Of a DNA stretch of 64,000 nucleotides, positions 12,917 through 30,173 are shown one piece after another. The notes under the pieces are model-generated. The model was not told where the DNA came from and searched no databases. It saw nothing but the letters and a program-made list of their open reading frames with translations. Location: the NCBI GenBank assembly GCA_904063045.1, contig CAJFCJ010000001.1, positions 2,914,001-2,978,000 of the forward strand, read 5' to 3'. This stretch comes from Dimorphilus gyrociliatus (Eukaryota > Animalia > Annelida). The translations under genes were made by a program, and so were the position numbers. Positions within the stretch are counted from its first letter, which is position 1. Each line of letters opens with the position of its first letter.

Positions 12917-14465
12917 ATGTTTAAAAACGTTACAAGTGCAGTTTTCCGTTCTTTTACTAGACCAATGAATAACAGGTTTATTAATTTACCCTAAGTTGTA
13001 TATATTCTTTAAAGATTTTTGTCAAAATGTTCAATTTTCCACTTGTTTGGAAAAAATAAAATGATTTGGATGACGGGTCAAAAACTATAATTCTCTTTTC
13101 AACAGCCGCTTATTGAGTTTAACTGTTGCCAGAAGATCGTCTCTGGATGATCATTTTAAACAGAGTCAAGATTCTTTAAATAAAGTAACAGTAGATGTTG
13201 ACAATGACACAAAATTAAAGTTGTATTCGTTATTCAAACAAGCTACTATTGGTACTTGTAACGCTCCTAAGCCAGGTAATTAGGTCTTCAAGATATTTTT
13301 GCGTAAAGCCTTAAACCTGTATATTTAAACAAAGGAATGATGGATTTTGTTGGTAAGGCGAAGTGGGATGCGTGGAATAAATTAAGAAATATGACAAACG
13401 ACGACGCAAAGAAGCAATATATAAACGTTGTTGAGGACCTTCTAAAGCAGAGTGGTGCCCAAACTGAAGCATCCTCTTCATCAGATCAATCAGCCCAAGG
13501 TCAAGCCTATGATGGCTTGTCTGTAAAAAAGGATGGACATTTGATGACCATAGCCTTTAATAGACCAAAGAAATATAACGCTATCACCACCAAGATGTAT
13601 GCCGATTTAACTGAAATTCTGAATACGGCTGCCAAAGACGATTCCGTTAGACTGGTCGCTTTTACTGGAGTAGGGTCGTACTATTGCAGTGGGAACGATT
13701 TAAATAATTTTATGGGTGTAGATCCATCTGACATTTCGAAGATTGCTAAAGAATCTGGCAGTTTACTCGAGTTTGCATTCACTTTAATAGCTTATTCTAT
13801 TATCTATAATAATTATCTTTTATCTTCCCCTACACAGAAACTTTGTTGGAGCTTTTATCAACTTTCCGAAGCCGTTGATTGGTCTTATTAATGGTCCTGC
13901 CATTGGAATTTCCGTTACCGTTCTAGGCTTGTTCGACACTGTGTACGCTTCAGATAAAGTGAGTACAAGTAAATTCTGTTATCTTTTTGTTACAAAGTTC
14001 TATCTATTTTTAACCTTTGAATTCTAACTAATCGTATTTCTTCCTTTATACTTTGAACACGAAAAATGAAAATAGGCCACATTTTCGACGCCGTTTACAG
14101 TTCTAGGCCAAACCCCTGAAGGATGTTCGTCTTTTACTTTCCCAAGAATTATGGGTAATAGTAAAGCTACCGATGTACTTATGTTTAATAGAAAACTTAC
14201 GGCCGCCGAAGCTGAAAAGTGTAACCTTGTCTCCCAAGTTTTTCCATCTGAGAGTTTCGAGACGGAAGCCTTTGAAAAAGTCAAAGAGTACTCTTCCCTA
14301 CCTCCACAATCGATGAGATATCAGAAAGATTTAGTAAGAACTTTCGATAGAGAACAATTACACAAGGTGAACAAGATGGAATGCGAAAGATTGGTCGAAA
14401 GATGGCAATCGCAAGAATGCATGGAAGCAATTGTTAATTTCTTTACTAGAAAATCTAAATTATAA
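12917..14465 (+). CDS. ECI2: Enoyl-CoA delta isomerase 2 (ACBP domain plus crotonase domain); multi-exon
   Basis: Basic amphipathic N-terminus [16 protein letters not shown]; [34 protein letters not shown]; crotonase [40 protein letters not shown]; C-terminal PTS1 -SKL. Confidence 0.95.
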
Positions 14466-14749
14466 TAAAAAAGATAAAGTTTATTATTTTCAAATTGAGA
14501 AACAAAAAACAAAAAGTTAAATATAGAAAGATTAACAGGTAAACAATAAAGATTAATTTGCATAATAGCCCTCTTGATTACATAGCATGTTAATATGATT
14601 GAAATGATAATTACTTCCTTTACATTTTAAATTAATAAAATAATACTAAATATATTCTATAATTGTTATATGCATATCTTTTATTTCAATATCAATTTAT
14701 ATAAAATCATATAGAAAGTAGACTTTTTTCAATTTTCAACTAGTCAGTC

Positions 14750-17107
14750 TTAGGACTTAACACCTAAACTTTTCAATAGATCTACCGCTTCTTTATGAGC
14801 CTGGAAAGAATAAAATAGAGCTTCTATTTCTAATGTTAATTAATGGATATAAGTTTATATTTTCTTACATCTTTATCATCTGGAGTTTTTACTGGATGAT
14901 CTCTAGCAAGTAGCAAATATTCTTTAGCTTTTTCATAATTCTTCATTCTATAGTATGTCTTTCCAATCATTAGACGATTCATACTATAGAAACTTGGATC
15001 AACTGTAAAAGAGTTAAGTAAACGAGTATTAAAAAGGAAATTAAAGATACGATAAATACAAATAAGTTTTAGGAGTATTGTATATTATAAACAACTTCTC
15101 ATATGGCTAAATCTTAAATAAGTATAATGATGAAATGTTTGCCAAATGGATATACGTCGCATAATGTATGACATATATTTTTATTAATATATACACCTAT
15201 ATACATTATGTATATATATACATTTATATATATATATATACTGTATGTAAACATACAACGATTCCTAACTTACGAGTCTCTGGCTCAATTATATCTGAAA
15301 CTATTAATAAAGTAAAGTAGGGAAAGAGAGAGAGAGAGAGAGAGAGGATCAAAGTGAGAAAATTGATGAAAGAGATGATGATAAAAATATAATTATAATA
15401 TCATTTTATATTTGAACAACAAATACTTGATACCTACTTTTTTCAGCACCGAGGAAAAACTCTAAGGCCTGAAAAACAATAGATTATGTATACATATATC
15501 TTTTAAAACACTATAATATACATTAATATAGTATTAATGATAAAATTAAAGAAACCTCTTCGTATTGACAGGTTGGTGGCGATGCAAATAGTAAAGCAGC
15601 AATTTTTTTTTCGTACCATGTCAAGTCAGCGAATACAAAACACCTTTTTTTGTTGTTGTTGTTGTTTTGTTTGTTTTTAGGATCATTGAAAGAAGAAAAA
15701 AAATAAAAATCATATGAATATTCATAGACTAATTAAACTATATAATTAATATATATTATATATATAAAGATAATCAAAAATCTTATGTAGAAGGCTTTTT
15801 TGTTAATTAATCATCTTTTTTGTTATAATATCATTAAGCTAAATATTTTCTATGGAAAACCTCGGCATAAGTAGAATTAGGAGGAGACGCTAAAAGTGTA
15901 GAGGCAATTGTTCTTTCAAATCTCGACAGATCGGCAAAGAGAAAGCACCTTTTCAAAAGATTACGTAATACATACAGTAAAAGAAATAATAATTACAAAA
16001 TTCTAATAAAAACGGAAAGTCTAATAAAGAAATAAAGAGGAGAGAAAGAGAAAAGAGAGTAACGGCTTAATAAATAATCTAGCCTGACTTCCCGCAACGT
16101 TTCACTTATAAGAACTTATCAATCTTAAATAAAAGTATTACATAAATAAGTCTACTTACCAATACCCTAATGAATAATAACAAGTGGGATCCTTAGGATT
16201 GAGTTCTATAGCTTTCTGTAAAAGAAAAGAAGGAATAATAATAATATATGAATATAAACGATATAGAATGATGACAAACCAAAAAATGTTCTTTAATAGT
16301 ATAAGCATTAGATATACGTTTCTTAGTTCCTTCATAACCTCCAATGTAGTCCAACATAATGGCGTACCACTTTATTAAAGTGAAATAATAAAGATATATG
16401 TATATATATATATATTAATATAAATAGTTAAAATATGAATAAAAAAACCTTATGACAAGCTGAATTTTCTGAATTCAAGTCTAAAGCTTTCTTTACGTAT
16501 TCGAAAGCATCGTACATCAATTTTTTCTTCTCTTCTCCACCTAAAATTTTTCCCTTATCGCAAGCAGATCTTGCTAAACGCCATAGAATTTCGTCATTTT
16601 TACAATCCTATAGGTGTATTTAGTGAATATTAACGTTAAGAATTCAATAATTTTATTATATAAACCTTATATTTAATCAACAAATCATATAGAGCCATCA
16701 TTTCATTTTGTTCGTAAAGCTTTTTAGCCTCCTCTATTACCCTATCTTCTTCAGAGAGTGTGTTCTTTACTTCTTTTTGACCTTGTAAAAGGAAAAGTCA
16801 AGAGAGATTATTAAACGCCACTTGACGTCTACAGTTAATTATAGAGCACTTAGCGGTCACAAGTTTTAAATAGATATATAATGCCATTTCCTCTTTTTGA
16901 TATAGAACTTACCGAAACTTAGACTATGAACAGTTGGTATCACAGTGAAAGTCATTACAGGATATTTATATAGGTTGCAAAATTTCTATTAGTTAAAAAA
17001 TGATAATTAATTAATTTATTAATTAACCAATCAAAATTTTGTTATTTCTTTTATACCTTTATTTGCGTCCATCCTCTAGCGTTTCTTTGAACGTTCAGCC
17101 ATGTCAT
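14750..17107 (-). CDS. RMDN1: Regulator of microtubule dynamics (RMD1/FAM82B-like, TPR); multi-exon
   Basis: Exons encode EEAKKLYEQNE..LYDLLIKYK, DEILWRLARSACD, KAIELNPKDPTCYYSLGYW, ALEFFLGAEK and DPSFYSMNRLMIGKTY; stop TAA at 14750-14752. Confidence 0.87.
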
Positions 17108-17571
17108 TCGGCTTCTTAGCATATTAAAAAAATTAAAAGTTCTCCAAGAATTCATCGTTGAAATGTTTCTGTTTGTATGAAAATGAATAATAAGCAATGT
17201 CTTTTCCTCTTGTCTCAGGATATTAAATGATTCGTTCCAGATATAGTTGACGTAACTAATTAATAATTATAAATATCTTTTTCTAGTGCATCATATGTCA
17301 TTAACTGGGGCACTGCTTAATCTTTTTTTGTTTTTTGTTACCAATATCATATATAAAAAATATTGATTTCGAGTAACTTAACTACCAATATATTTGTTAT
17401 TTTTTGATAACATACAAGTTAATTATTTTTAAATAATTATTTGTTATGTTATTTAACTTTTTATTGATGAAAGCTATTGACACACTTACCTGATATTAGT
17501 TTTTCTTACTTGTAAAAGAATTTCTCCGATCTCTAAAGTTCAGAAGTTCATTTCCAATATCGTCTGCTAGA

Positions 17572-17670
17572 TCACGTGACAATAATCGTAAACTGGTTAC
17601 AATTTATTACTATTCCCAATGTTGTTATAGTAACAGGCGGAAATCGATTTTAGAGTTACTGCGCATGCTC
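17572..17670. promoter_or_regulatory. Bidirectional RMDN1/DYNLRB promoter: E-box TCACGTGA (17572-79), X-box GTTGTTATAGTAAC (17621-34), NRF-like TGCGCATGC
   Basis: Motifs read directly; the X-box fits the GTHNYYATRRNAAC consensus exactly. Confidence 0.55.
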
Positions 17671-17705
17671 TAGTGGCCGTTTGGAAACTTAAAATTGTTG
17701 AAAAA

Positions 17706-17897
17706 ATGGTAACTATTACTTAATTTGCAGGTGATACTTGACGAAGTTATTCTAAAACTGTTAAAGTAATCAGTAACTAAAAAATTTCAAATCTTCAGTA
17801 ATAAAGTATAGATTTAAAACGGCAAAAATTAATATTGTTTATGAAGCAAAGTGTTTAAACAAAAAGATAAAGTATTATTTATTTAATAATACATAAA

Positions 17898-17932
<35 letters not shown>

Positions 17933-19327
17933 TATTTTACCATAATCGAGTGTTATGTATGTCTTTTTTTTATATTTAAAACAAAGAGCTACTCGTCCCA
18001 GGTGAGTAGGTACTTTTTGTTGTCGGCAAACAAACTACTTACTTTTTCTATTTCCCTCTATATAATTTGGAGATTATGGCACATAGAACCTTATAATAAT
18101 TCTTGCAAAAGCATAAAAATTCTAATATATAAAGCATAAAGCAATGTATATTCGTATAAATTATATATTTGTATATTTATATAAAGTACATAGTAAAGTA
18201 TACATTGTAGATAAAATATACAATTTATACGAAAATAAACAGAATAAGACAACTGTTTTAATTAATTATTTTCAATTCTAATTAAATGGAAAAGAAAAAC
18301 CAAAATACTTCATTTGTATTCAAACGTTGATCTTTTACTTTCAATTACAATTTCAGGCAGAAACTGTAGAAGAAACTTTAAAACGAATTCAGAGTCATAA
18401 AGGTGTGATTGGAGTTATAATAGTAAATTCTGAAGGTAAATTGATAATAATTGGAAGATGCTATTAAGTTGTTATTAATTTGTTATTGACATATAAATTT
18501 GTTATAAGAGAGAGAGTAGTAAAATTTTTAAAAAGCCTTTTTTTATGTTATTTAGGTATTCCAATCAGAACAACTCTAGATAATTCAACTACTGTCCAAT
18601 ATGCGGGTCTTTTGCATCAACTAACTGCAAAAGCTCGTAATGTTGTCAGGGATTTAGAACCTTCGAATGATCTGCAATTTTTGCGAGTTCGTTCCAAAAA
18701 GTATGAAATTATGATTGCTCCTGGTAAGTTTAATAATTGTATTTTAAAGAGAATAATTCATTTAACTTGTACAAGTATTAAAATTTCCCTTTTTCTTCTT
18801 CCAAAATCTTCTTTATCTTCTTTATCTTACTTTCAACACACTGTAACAATTCTATCAATTATATTTATATTACATTTACTGTATACATAAATGTATATAT
18901 ATCTGTATACTATGTTTAAGTATACGTTTAATTTTTACTAAAATATTTAAATGACAAACAACAGAACAGGATTACATCTTAATCGCTCTGCAAAGTGTAG
19001 ATGGCACTACAACAACTATTTAAATAATTATTAAATACAAATATTATACCATCCGTAAGGCAAACACAAAAAAAAGAGAAAAAAACAAAACCCATTAACA
19101 TCTCCCCTCCAAATTCAAAAGCAAAAACAAACAAATAAACGAAAGAAAACACTTTTCCAAAAGTTTTTCCTTCCTAACTTTTTCCTTAGTTTTGAATTGA
19201 ATTTATTCTTTTTTTGTTTATTTTGCTTTTTTTAATTGGCTTAATAGCGCTTTCCTATGTTCTTTTTTTTGTTGCAGACAAGGAATATTTGCTGATAGTT
19301 ATTCAAAATCCTTATGACAAGTCTTAG
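17706..19327 (+). CDS. DYNLRB: Dynein light chain roadblock; exons ATG 17706-17708, 18357-18435, 18556-18723, then last exon 19278-19327 (or alternative 18965-19023)
   Basis: [71 protein letters not shown] is near-canonical roadblock. Confidence 0.96.
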
Positions 19328-22300
19328 GCTTTTATTTGCTTACGGTTTGCCGTGTGGTTTAAGCATTTTTTCCCTCTATAATCTGGCATATATAAAAGAT
19401 AATATATAACAAAATTGATTATACACAATATGTATGTATATATATATAGGCTCAAATATACTCATATATAGAGAACAATTATGTACTTAGTTTTTAATAG
19501 GTAAAAGATGAAAATAACAGAGGCATCATGTATATGCGGAGTACATATCGTGTATATATCATGATACATTCTATACAAGCTGTCTTTATATAAATGGTCA
19601 TATTTGTGTCTTTTTTAATAATATTCATTTTATTCTTTGATAAATAAATAATAATATACATATATGCATATGTATAAAATTTATATATATAGTATACTGT
19701 ATATGTTCAGTATATAAATAGTATACATGTACTGTATGTGTAGTATTTTTTAATTCATCAATAATCGCAGAATGATTATGAATATTTTATCAATAAAGAA
19801 ATCACTGTATCAACTAAAAATTGTTTCTTTTTTATTATTAACAACCATAATCACCGTTTAGGTTTATTTTTATTTTCTTTTGTACTTTTGTTTTTTTAAA
19901 AAAAAAAGGAAAACTTTGTTTCATTGATTTTTTTTATAGGTAAAGTAATATATAAAATTCGTGACTTATTAGTCAACCAGATGCTAGTTTCTTGCAGCTC
20001 AACAGCCTTCATTAATTACCTAGTCATAAGAAAGACATGCCCGGAATTTTGTGATGAATCACTTTTAAGGTTTTTTCTTGTTTGCCTGTTAATTTTTCCA
20101 TGTCGAAATCAAACGGCTTTTTTCTTTATTTGGATTTATATATATATATATATATATTGATTGCAAAGATATAATCTATTACACTGCTATAAGTCGGTGA
20201 ATTCGCTATTTTTGCAAATAGACTTTTTAAGAAATTATCCCTTCAGGTCCTTTTTTTTTCTAGATTGAGATATTTTCTTTATAGACTAAATTCTTGGAAA
20301 TGGAGAAAATGGTGAGAGAAAGAGTTAGGAAGAGAGAGAGGGAAGCGTTAAAGATAGAGATAGAGGCAGTAAAACCAGAAAATTCCAACACTTTTCGTTT
20401 TTTTCTCTTATGTCATGTAGACAATCAGTTGTTTTGACGTTGAAAATAATTAACTTTTCCCATCTTATTTTCTATATTTAGCTATTAAAAGAGTAGTATC
20501 TAATTTCTCTTCTATTATTTGCTTAAACTTGAATCCTTCTTCTCTATATGTTGAGTGAAGGATTATTTTATCTTTAAATATTTGACCTAATTTTGCTTTC
20601 TTTCCACCCACTCAAAATGAAATCTCTTCCTTTCAATAATAACTAAATATAGATTCATTCCGTTTATGTTCTATGTTCCTTTTTTTTTATTTAGCCGCCT
20701 ATAATTAGAAAAAAATTGATTTATCAAACATTTAAACCATTGTATTAAATTCTCAAGGAAATCTTTATTATTCATACATTTTTTATCAATAATCTATCAC
20801 CTTTACTGTAGGGTTTATTACCATATTCCTTCATTATAGAGAAGATAGATAGTCGTTAATTCTTTCTCCCTTTCTTTTGCTCATTCAATCTCTTCCTTTC
20901 ATTCTCTCCGGCTCGTTCTCATTCTTGTTCGCTTATTCTCTCTGTTCCTCAGTCTCAATCGTTCTCCCTAGCTCTATCTTTTCCTCTTTGTCTTGTTTAA
21001 ATAGATAAACGATAATCTTTGATGATTTTTCATCGGAAATTAAATAAGTAAATAATCTAATTGGTATATAACGATTCAAAGTGTTGTATTACGTGAATAA
21101 TTCACAAAAGAAGAGTAATAGATGTGTTTTTTTATTTATTCGTAAGCCTATGGTGTGTTTTCAGAGTTCTAAATATAGAAAATAGAAGAAAAACATTTTA
21201 ATTTGATTGAAAAAGTAAAAAACAGCTACGTTTTTCTTTTGGCTTGTTTTGTTTCTTTAAAAAAAATAGAAAAGAATCAAAAATAGAGAAAAATTCCACA
21301 TTTTATGTATATGATTTTATTAAGGTTGAAAGAATTTTAGAGCTAAAGGACTAAAGAAAAATCTTGTAAAGAAGAGTTTCGTGTGTAGTCAACATTTAGG
21401 AGAAGAAAGATGGAGAAAATAGGATTCGATGACGGTCCGTGTTATGCAAATTGCAGGCGACGTCTACGTAGGGTAATTATGGGAGATATATGTTAAAAGT
21501 TTCCCATCTTGATGGGTTACATTTTTAAAGGTTTGTCTTCTTTTAGGGACTATAAGAAAATAATGGTGTAGATACTATTTTTCTTTCTTCTTCCCTTTAT
21601 TTTTTGAAGGGGAGAAGACAGGCACTATTGCTCTCTTGTATATTATATATCTATATATCAATACGGAAGAGTGGAAAAAAATGCGTTAAATCCACTCCTC
21701 AACAACGAAATTAACCATCAAAGACGTTCGATTGAAGCCAGAGATCTCTTTTAGATTTTAATATAACAAAAGGATAAATTTTAAATTTATATTGATTGAA
21801 ATAAAAGATGGAATATACTTTCTCCTCTTTTTTTGGCTACAAAAAGAAGACGTCAACGTTTGCCACAATCATAGCAATTTATTACGAAATATCTGATTAT
21901 CTTCGAAAGATCACATCCGCAAATTCTTTTGGTTGTTGGATGCATTTCTAATCTTCCAGTTTTTTTTTCGTGACACTATACAAAGTGAAGTGAAAAGACT
22001 AAAAGAGACGCTTTATCCAGTAACGCTTTGAAATTTTTGTCGAATTTGTAAATTTGTCACAGATACTATCGTTCTAACTGCTTAAATTCCTTTAATCGAA
22101 ATGGAGTTTTCTCTTACTTTGAAGCTTATAGAGGAAAATTACTATCTACTCTTAGCCAATGTTGAACTAACCTTCCTTCATTAAACTGTTACGTTACGGT
22201 TCACCATCTGGAAGCAATTTATTGCAGTATTATATCCAATGAAGGGTGAAATTTATTGCAGTAGATCTAAAGGTGAAATGATTGTGTAGTAAGTACTTAG

Positions 22301-22803
22301 ATTTTTCGATCTTTAGTAATTTACATCATTTCCCAGAAAAAGGTTGTCAACGGAAAATTGAGTTCTCTTCGATTGTTGTTTTAGAATAGGAAAAGCTTAT
22401 ATACTCATAAAAAATAATGTTTTCCTCCCTACACCATCAATCGTTTTCTCTCTAGTTAAAATATTCATAAAATCATTAGTCAGCAAAAAGAAATGTTGAT
22501 CCTTGTTAAGTAACATCATCCCTTGATAAAAAAGCGAGAAAAACTATCCTAATGCTGTTGATAGTAACTTGGATATTCGATGTACTGCTATTCCATTTAA
22601 ACAATGATGGATACAGTATTATCATATTACAGATGGAGGAATACTAATTTAATTATATAAACAAACAAACATTTTAGCCTATATGATTATTATTATTGTA
22701 TTATTGTCTAATTAATATTTTATTGGATACGAATGTATCGACAAAATTCATCACTTTATAGAAGCTACATATAAAAATAGTAACACTATAGTGATTATAT
22801 ACA

Positions 22804-22806
<3 letters not shown>

Positions 22807-22838
<32 letters not shown>
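22807..22838. repeat. (CT)n microsatellite
   Basis: Read directly; a similar tract lies at 23208-23238. Confidence 0.9.
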
Positions 22839-22842
<4 letters not shown>

Positions 22843-23202
22843 CTCGTCATTCCTCAACACAATAACAATTTTCCACACTCAATTGATGTTTGCGTTGTTT
22901 TGCTATAAATATTGATAGATGTCGTCAGTTGACCCTTTTATTTTTCTCTCTCCTCCTTTTTCCATAACCCAAAAAGGTCTATTGATTACAGGGAATCTTT
23001 TGAAGGGAATAAATACGTTAGAAGCGTGATAAGAAACTGTATAACTACGTCGTTCTAAGGAAGTATTTAGCCTCGAAAATCGTGCAATCTTGACAATGAC
23101 GAAATGAAATGTATTTAATACTTTTCCATTTTGTTTTATTTTGGCAATAAACTAGGTTTTTTATGATTATTATTATTTATTTTTTACACATTTACTTGCT
23201 GC

Positions 23203-23242
<40 letters not shown>

Positions 23243-23405
23243 CTATCTGCATTTAATAAGAAATTTTGCTGAATTTCTAATTTTATGTGTTTTTTTTGTT
23301 TTTGGTTATTTTTTTAGGACAATTGAATCAATTAATTAACTTTCAAATGTTTTAATTAATTAGTTAATTGATTATATATTTCTTTTTCTTTTTTCTATTT
23401 TGTCG

Positions 23406-27664
<4,259 letters not shown>

Positions 27665-28811
27665 GACTCTTTTTCTTCTTTTTCTATGTCTTTAGAACTT
27701 TAAACAGGTTGGCAGATTTCTTAGGCCTAGATATTTGAGTTTATTATCCACCGTAATCTTTTCGTCGAATCTTCCTTCGTATTTGAATAAAATAGGATAA
27801 CCTTATTAAATTTTTGACTTATAGAACTATGAAATCTATTGGGAAAAAAATCAATGGGTGCACGAAAAACGTCTGAAAACGACGAAAATCCCTTACTGTG
27901 ATTTTCCTAGTGCGCCGCTCATGAATATTAATACATAATTCCTCGTTTCTGATTGGTTATTGAGAAATTCGCGCAAATTATGAAAATTTTCTATAACCAA
28001 ATATCATTTAATTATGAAAACGTTAGGGGTGACAGTACTCAGTTAATATTTTTTAACTAATATTTTAATAATTAAACGTAATTTCACGTGAATGAGATAC
28101 AAAGGAACATACATACACAGACACACACACATATATATATATATATTTATATATATACACATATACGACGTGTTTTAATTTGACGCCCATATAAAGTTTA
28201 ACCTTTTCGAGAGGCGAAAGATGACCTGAATGGAATGACCGGAGATGAAAGAAAACAATATGAAGATTTATATATATATATATAATATAGAGTATATCGC
28301 TATATAAATCTATATTTACCTATAGATTTCTTTTATTATTTATATTCTTTTATTGATGATGCTATGGCATTTCAAAATATTAAAAAATTATTCTTATTCA
28401 ATCATTTAACCGTTTCAGCTTTAATTCATTGTTCTATAAGGATTAATAAGAAGTCTAAGGGTGTAATTAAGCAAAAATCTACACTGTAAAATCGTCGCTT
28501 TGTTTTTAAAAGGTGAAATCATTCGTGTATAAAAAAGCTTACTACAGTCGATTAACAAAACGACTCAGCTGTAAAGGTTCCTCATTCTCGCATATTATTT
28601 ATCCTTATTTTGTTATTATATATCTATTAATGCAGTATATTAGATGATTTCTTCCATAATTTATTTAGAAAACATTTGTTTGTCCGGTAGATGGCTTTTA
28701 TATTTCTTTCTACCGTTTGATAACTGGTAACAGTTAGGCGATATTTCTCTCTTACTTATGATATTTTTCAAACATATAAAAAACAATTAATTCTTCTGTC
28801 GTAGTATTATA

Positions 28812-30090
28812 ATGGCTGCTGGTAAACACTTAATGTTTGTCTATGGTACATTAAAAAGAAATCAACCAAATTATATTTTCAACACATCGGCGTTTGACGG
28901 TATTTCTATATTTAGGGGTAAAGGTCGAACTGTTGAAAAATTTCCTCTAGTTATTGCTACAAAATATAATGTACCATACGTTCTAGACAGTCCTGGAAGA
29001 GGAAATGTTTGTTTAAACTCTTATATTTATATAAAATCTTGTAAAGAAGTCTTATTAATAATCAATATATTCTTTTTATAGAATATTGAAGGAGAAGTTT
29101 ACGAAATTGACGATAAAAGATTAAAAATATATGACGACCTAGAATTATATCCCATAAATTACAATAAGAAACAAATCCAAGTAAAATTGAAAAAGGAAAT
29201 TGAGGACGAAGAACACAGCGACAACAATCATGAGATTTTACAATGTAACATTTATATTATAACCGATTTTAAGAAGGAATTACTTTCCAAACCTGTTTTA
29301 TCAAATTATGATGATAACTTACAAGAGAATAAGTACGTTACTGGAGAAAATCGTTATCAATTCGATAACCTTAATTATGATACTAAATGTGATGTAAAAG
29401 AAAATTGGCCAAGTGAGATATACTTTTTTTTTTAAAAAAAACAAAAACATTCTTTTCTTCTTTTTTTTTTTACTAAAGAAATCGAAACTAACAATCCAAA
29501 CCTACCAATTCCAATATTTGTATATGGAACGTTAAAAATTGGAGAGCATTATCACAAATATTTAAAAAACCCTGAAAAAGGAAAGGCTGAATTTGTAGGA
29601 GAAGCCGAAACTAACACAAAATACCCACTAGTTGTTGAATCGAAGTATAATTTACCATATTTACTATGGTCACCAAACAATGGAAATGTAAATAATTCCT
29701 TTTACTATATTCAATCTTTTATCACTGATTTTTATATGAAAAAATGTTTATCTGTTATTTTCTTTTTTTAGAATGTTAAAGGTGAAGTTTATAATATTGA
29801 TAAAGATCTTCTAGCATGGTTGGATGAGTTTGAAGACCATCCAAAAACTTATATAAGATTACCGTCTTTAGTAAAAATTAATGGAGTTTTGAAAAATTGT
29901 TGGTGTTATTTTACATATTTTCTCAAGACTATTGACGCTGAACTATTATCTAAACCAACATTGGAAAGCTATAGTCAAGCTCAATATCCCTGCCTTGAAA
30001 TTGGTGTAAGTTAATATATTTTGTTATTTCTTCATTTCTTAATTGGTTTATTTCTAATTAAAATAATGATAATTCATTTTCCAGTGGTAG
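28812..30090 (+). CDS. GGACT: Gamma-glutamylamine cyclotransferase-like protein with two tandem GGACT domains; exons 28812-29006, 29081-29412, 29479-29687, 29772-~30005, short last exon (uncertain)
   Basis: Two FVYGTLK motifs, two (K)YPLV..KYN(V/L)PY motifs, two GEVY motifs, catalytic-type DDLELYP and DEFEDHP. Intron 29413-29478 joins the domains in frame. Confidence 0.82.
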
Positions 30091-30173
30091 GCCCAATAAA
30101 GGAATAAAGAGAGAGAGTACTATTTGTTTTTTGGAAGATAAGGAAAAGCCCGTCGTCTCTCCCCTGAGTTGTT

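Noticed and set aside
12917-14465. Dual mitochondrial/peroxisomal targeting of ECI2 as a novelty
   Set aside because: This is a well-known property of ECI2.
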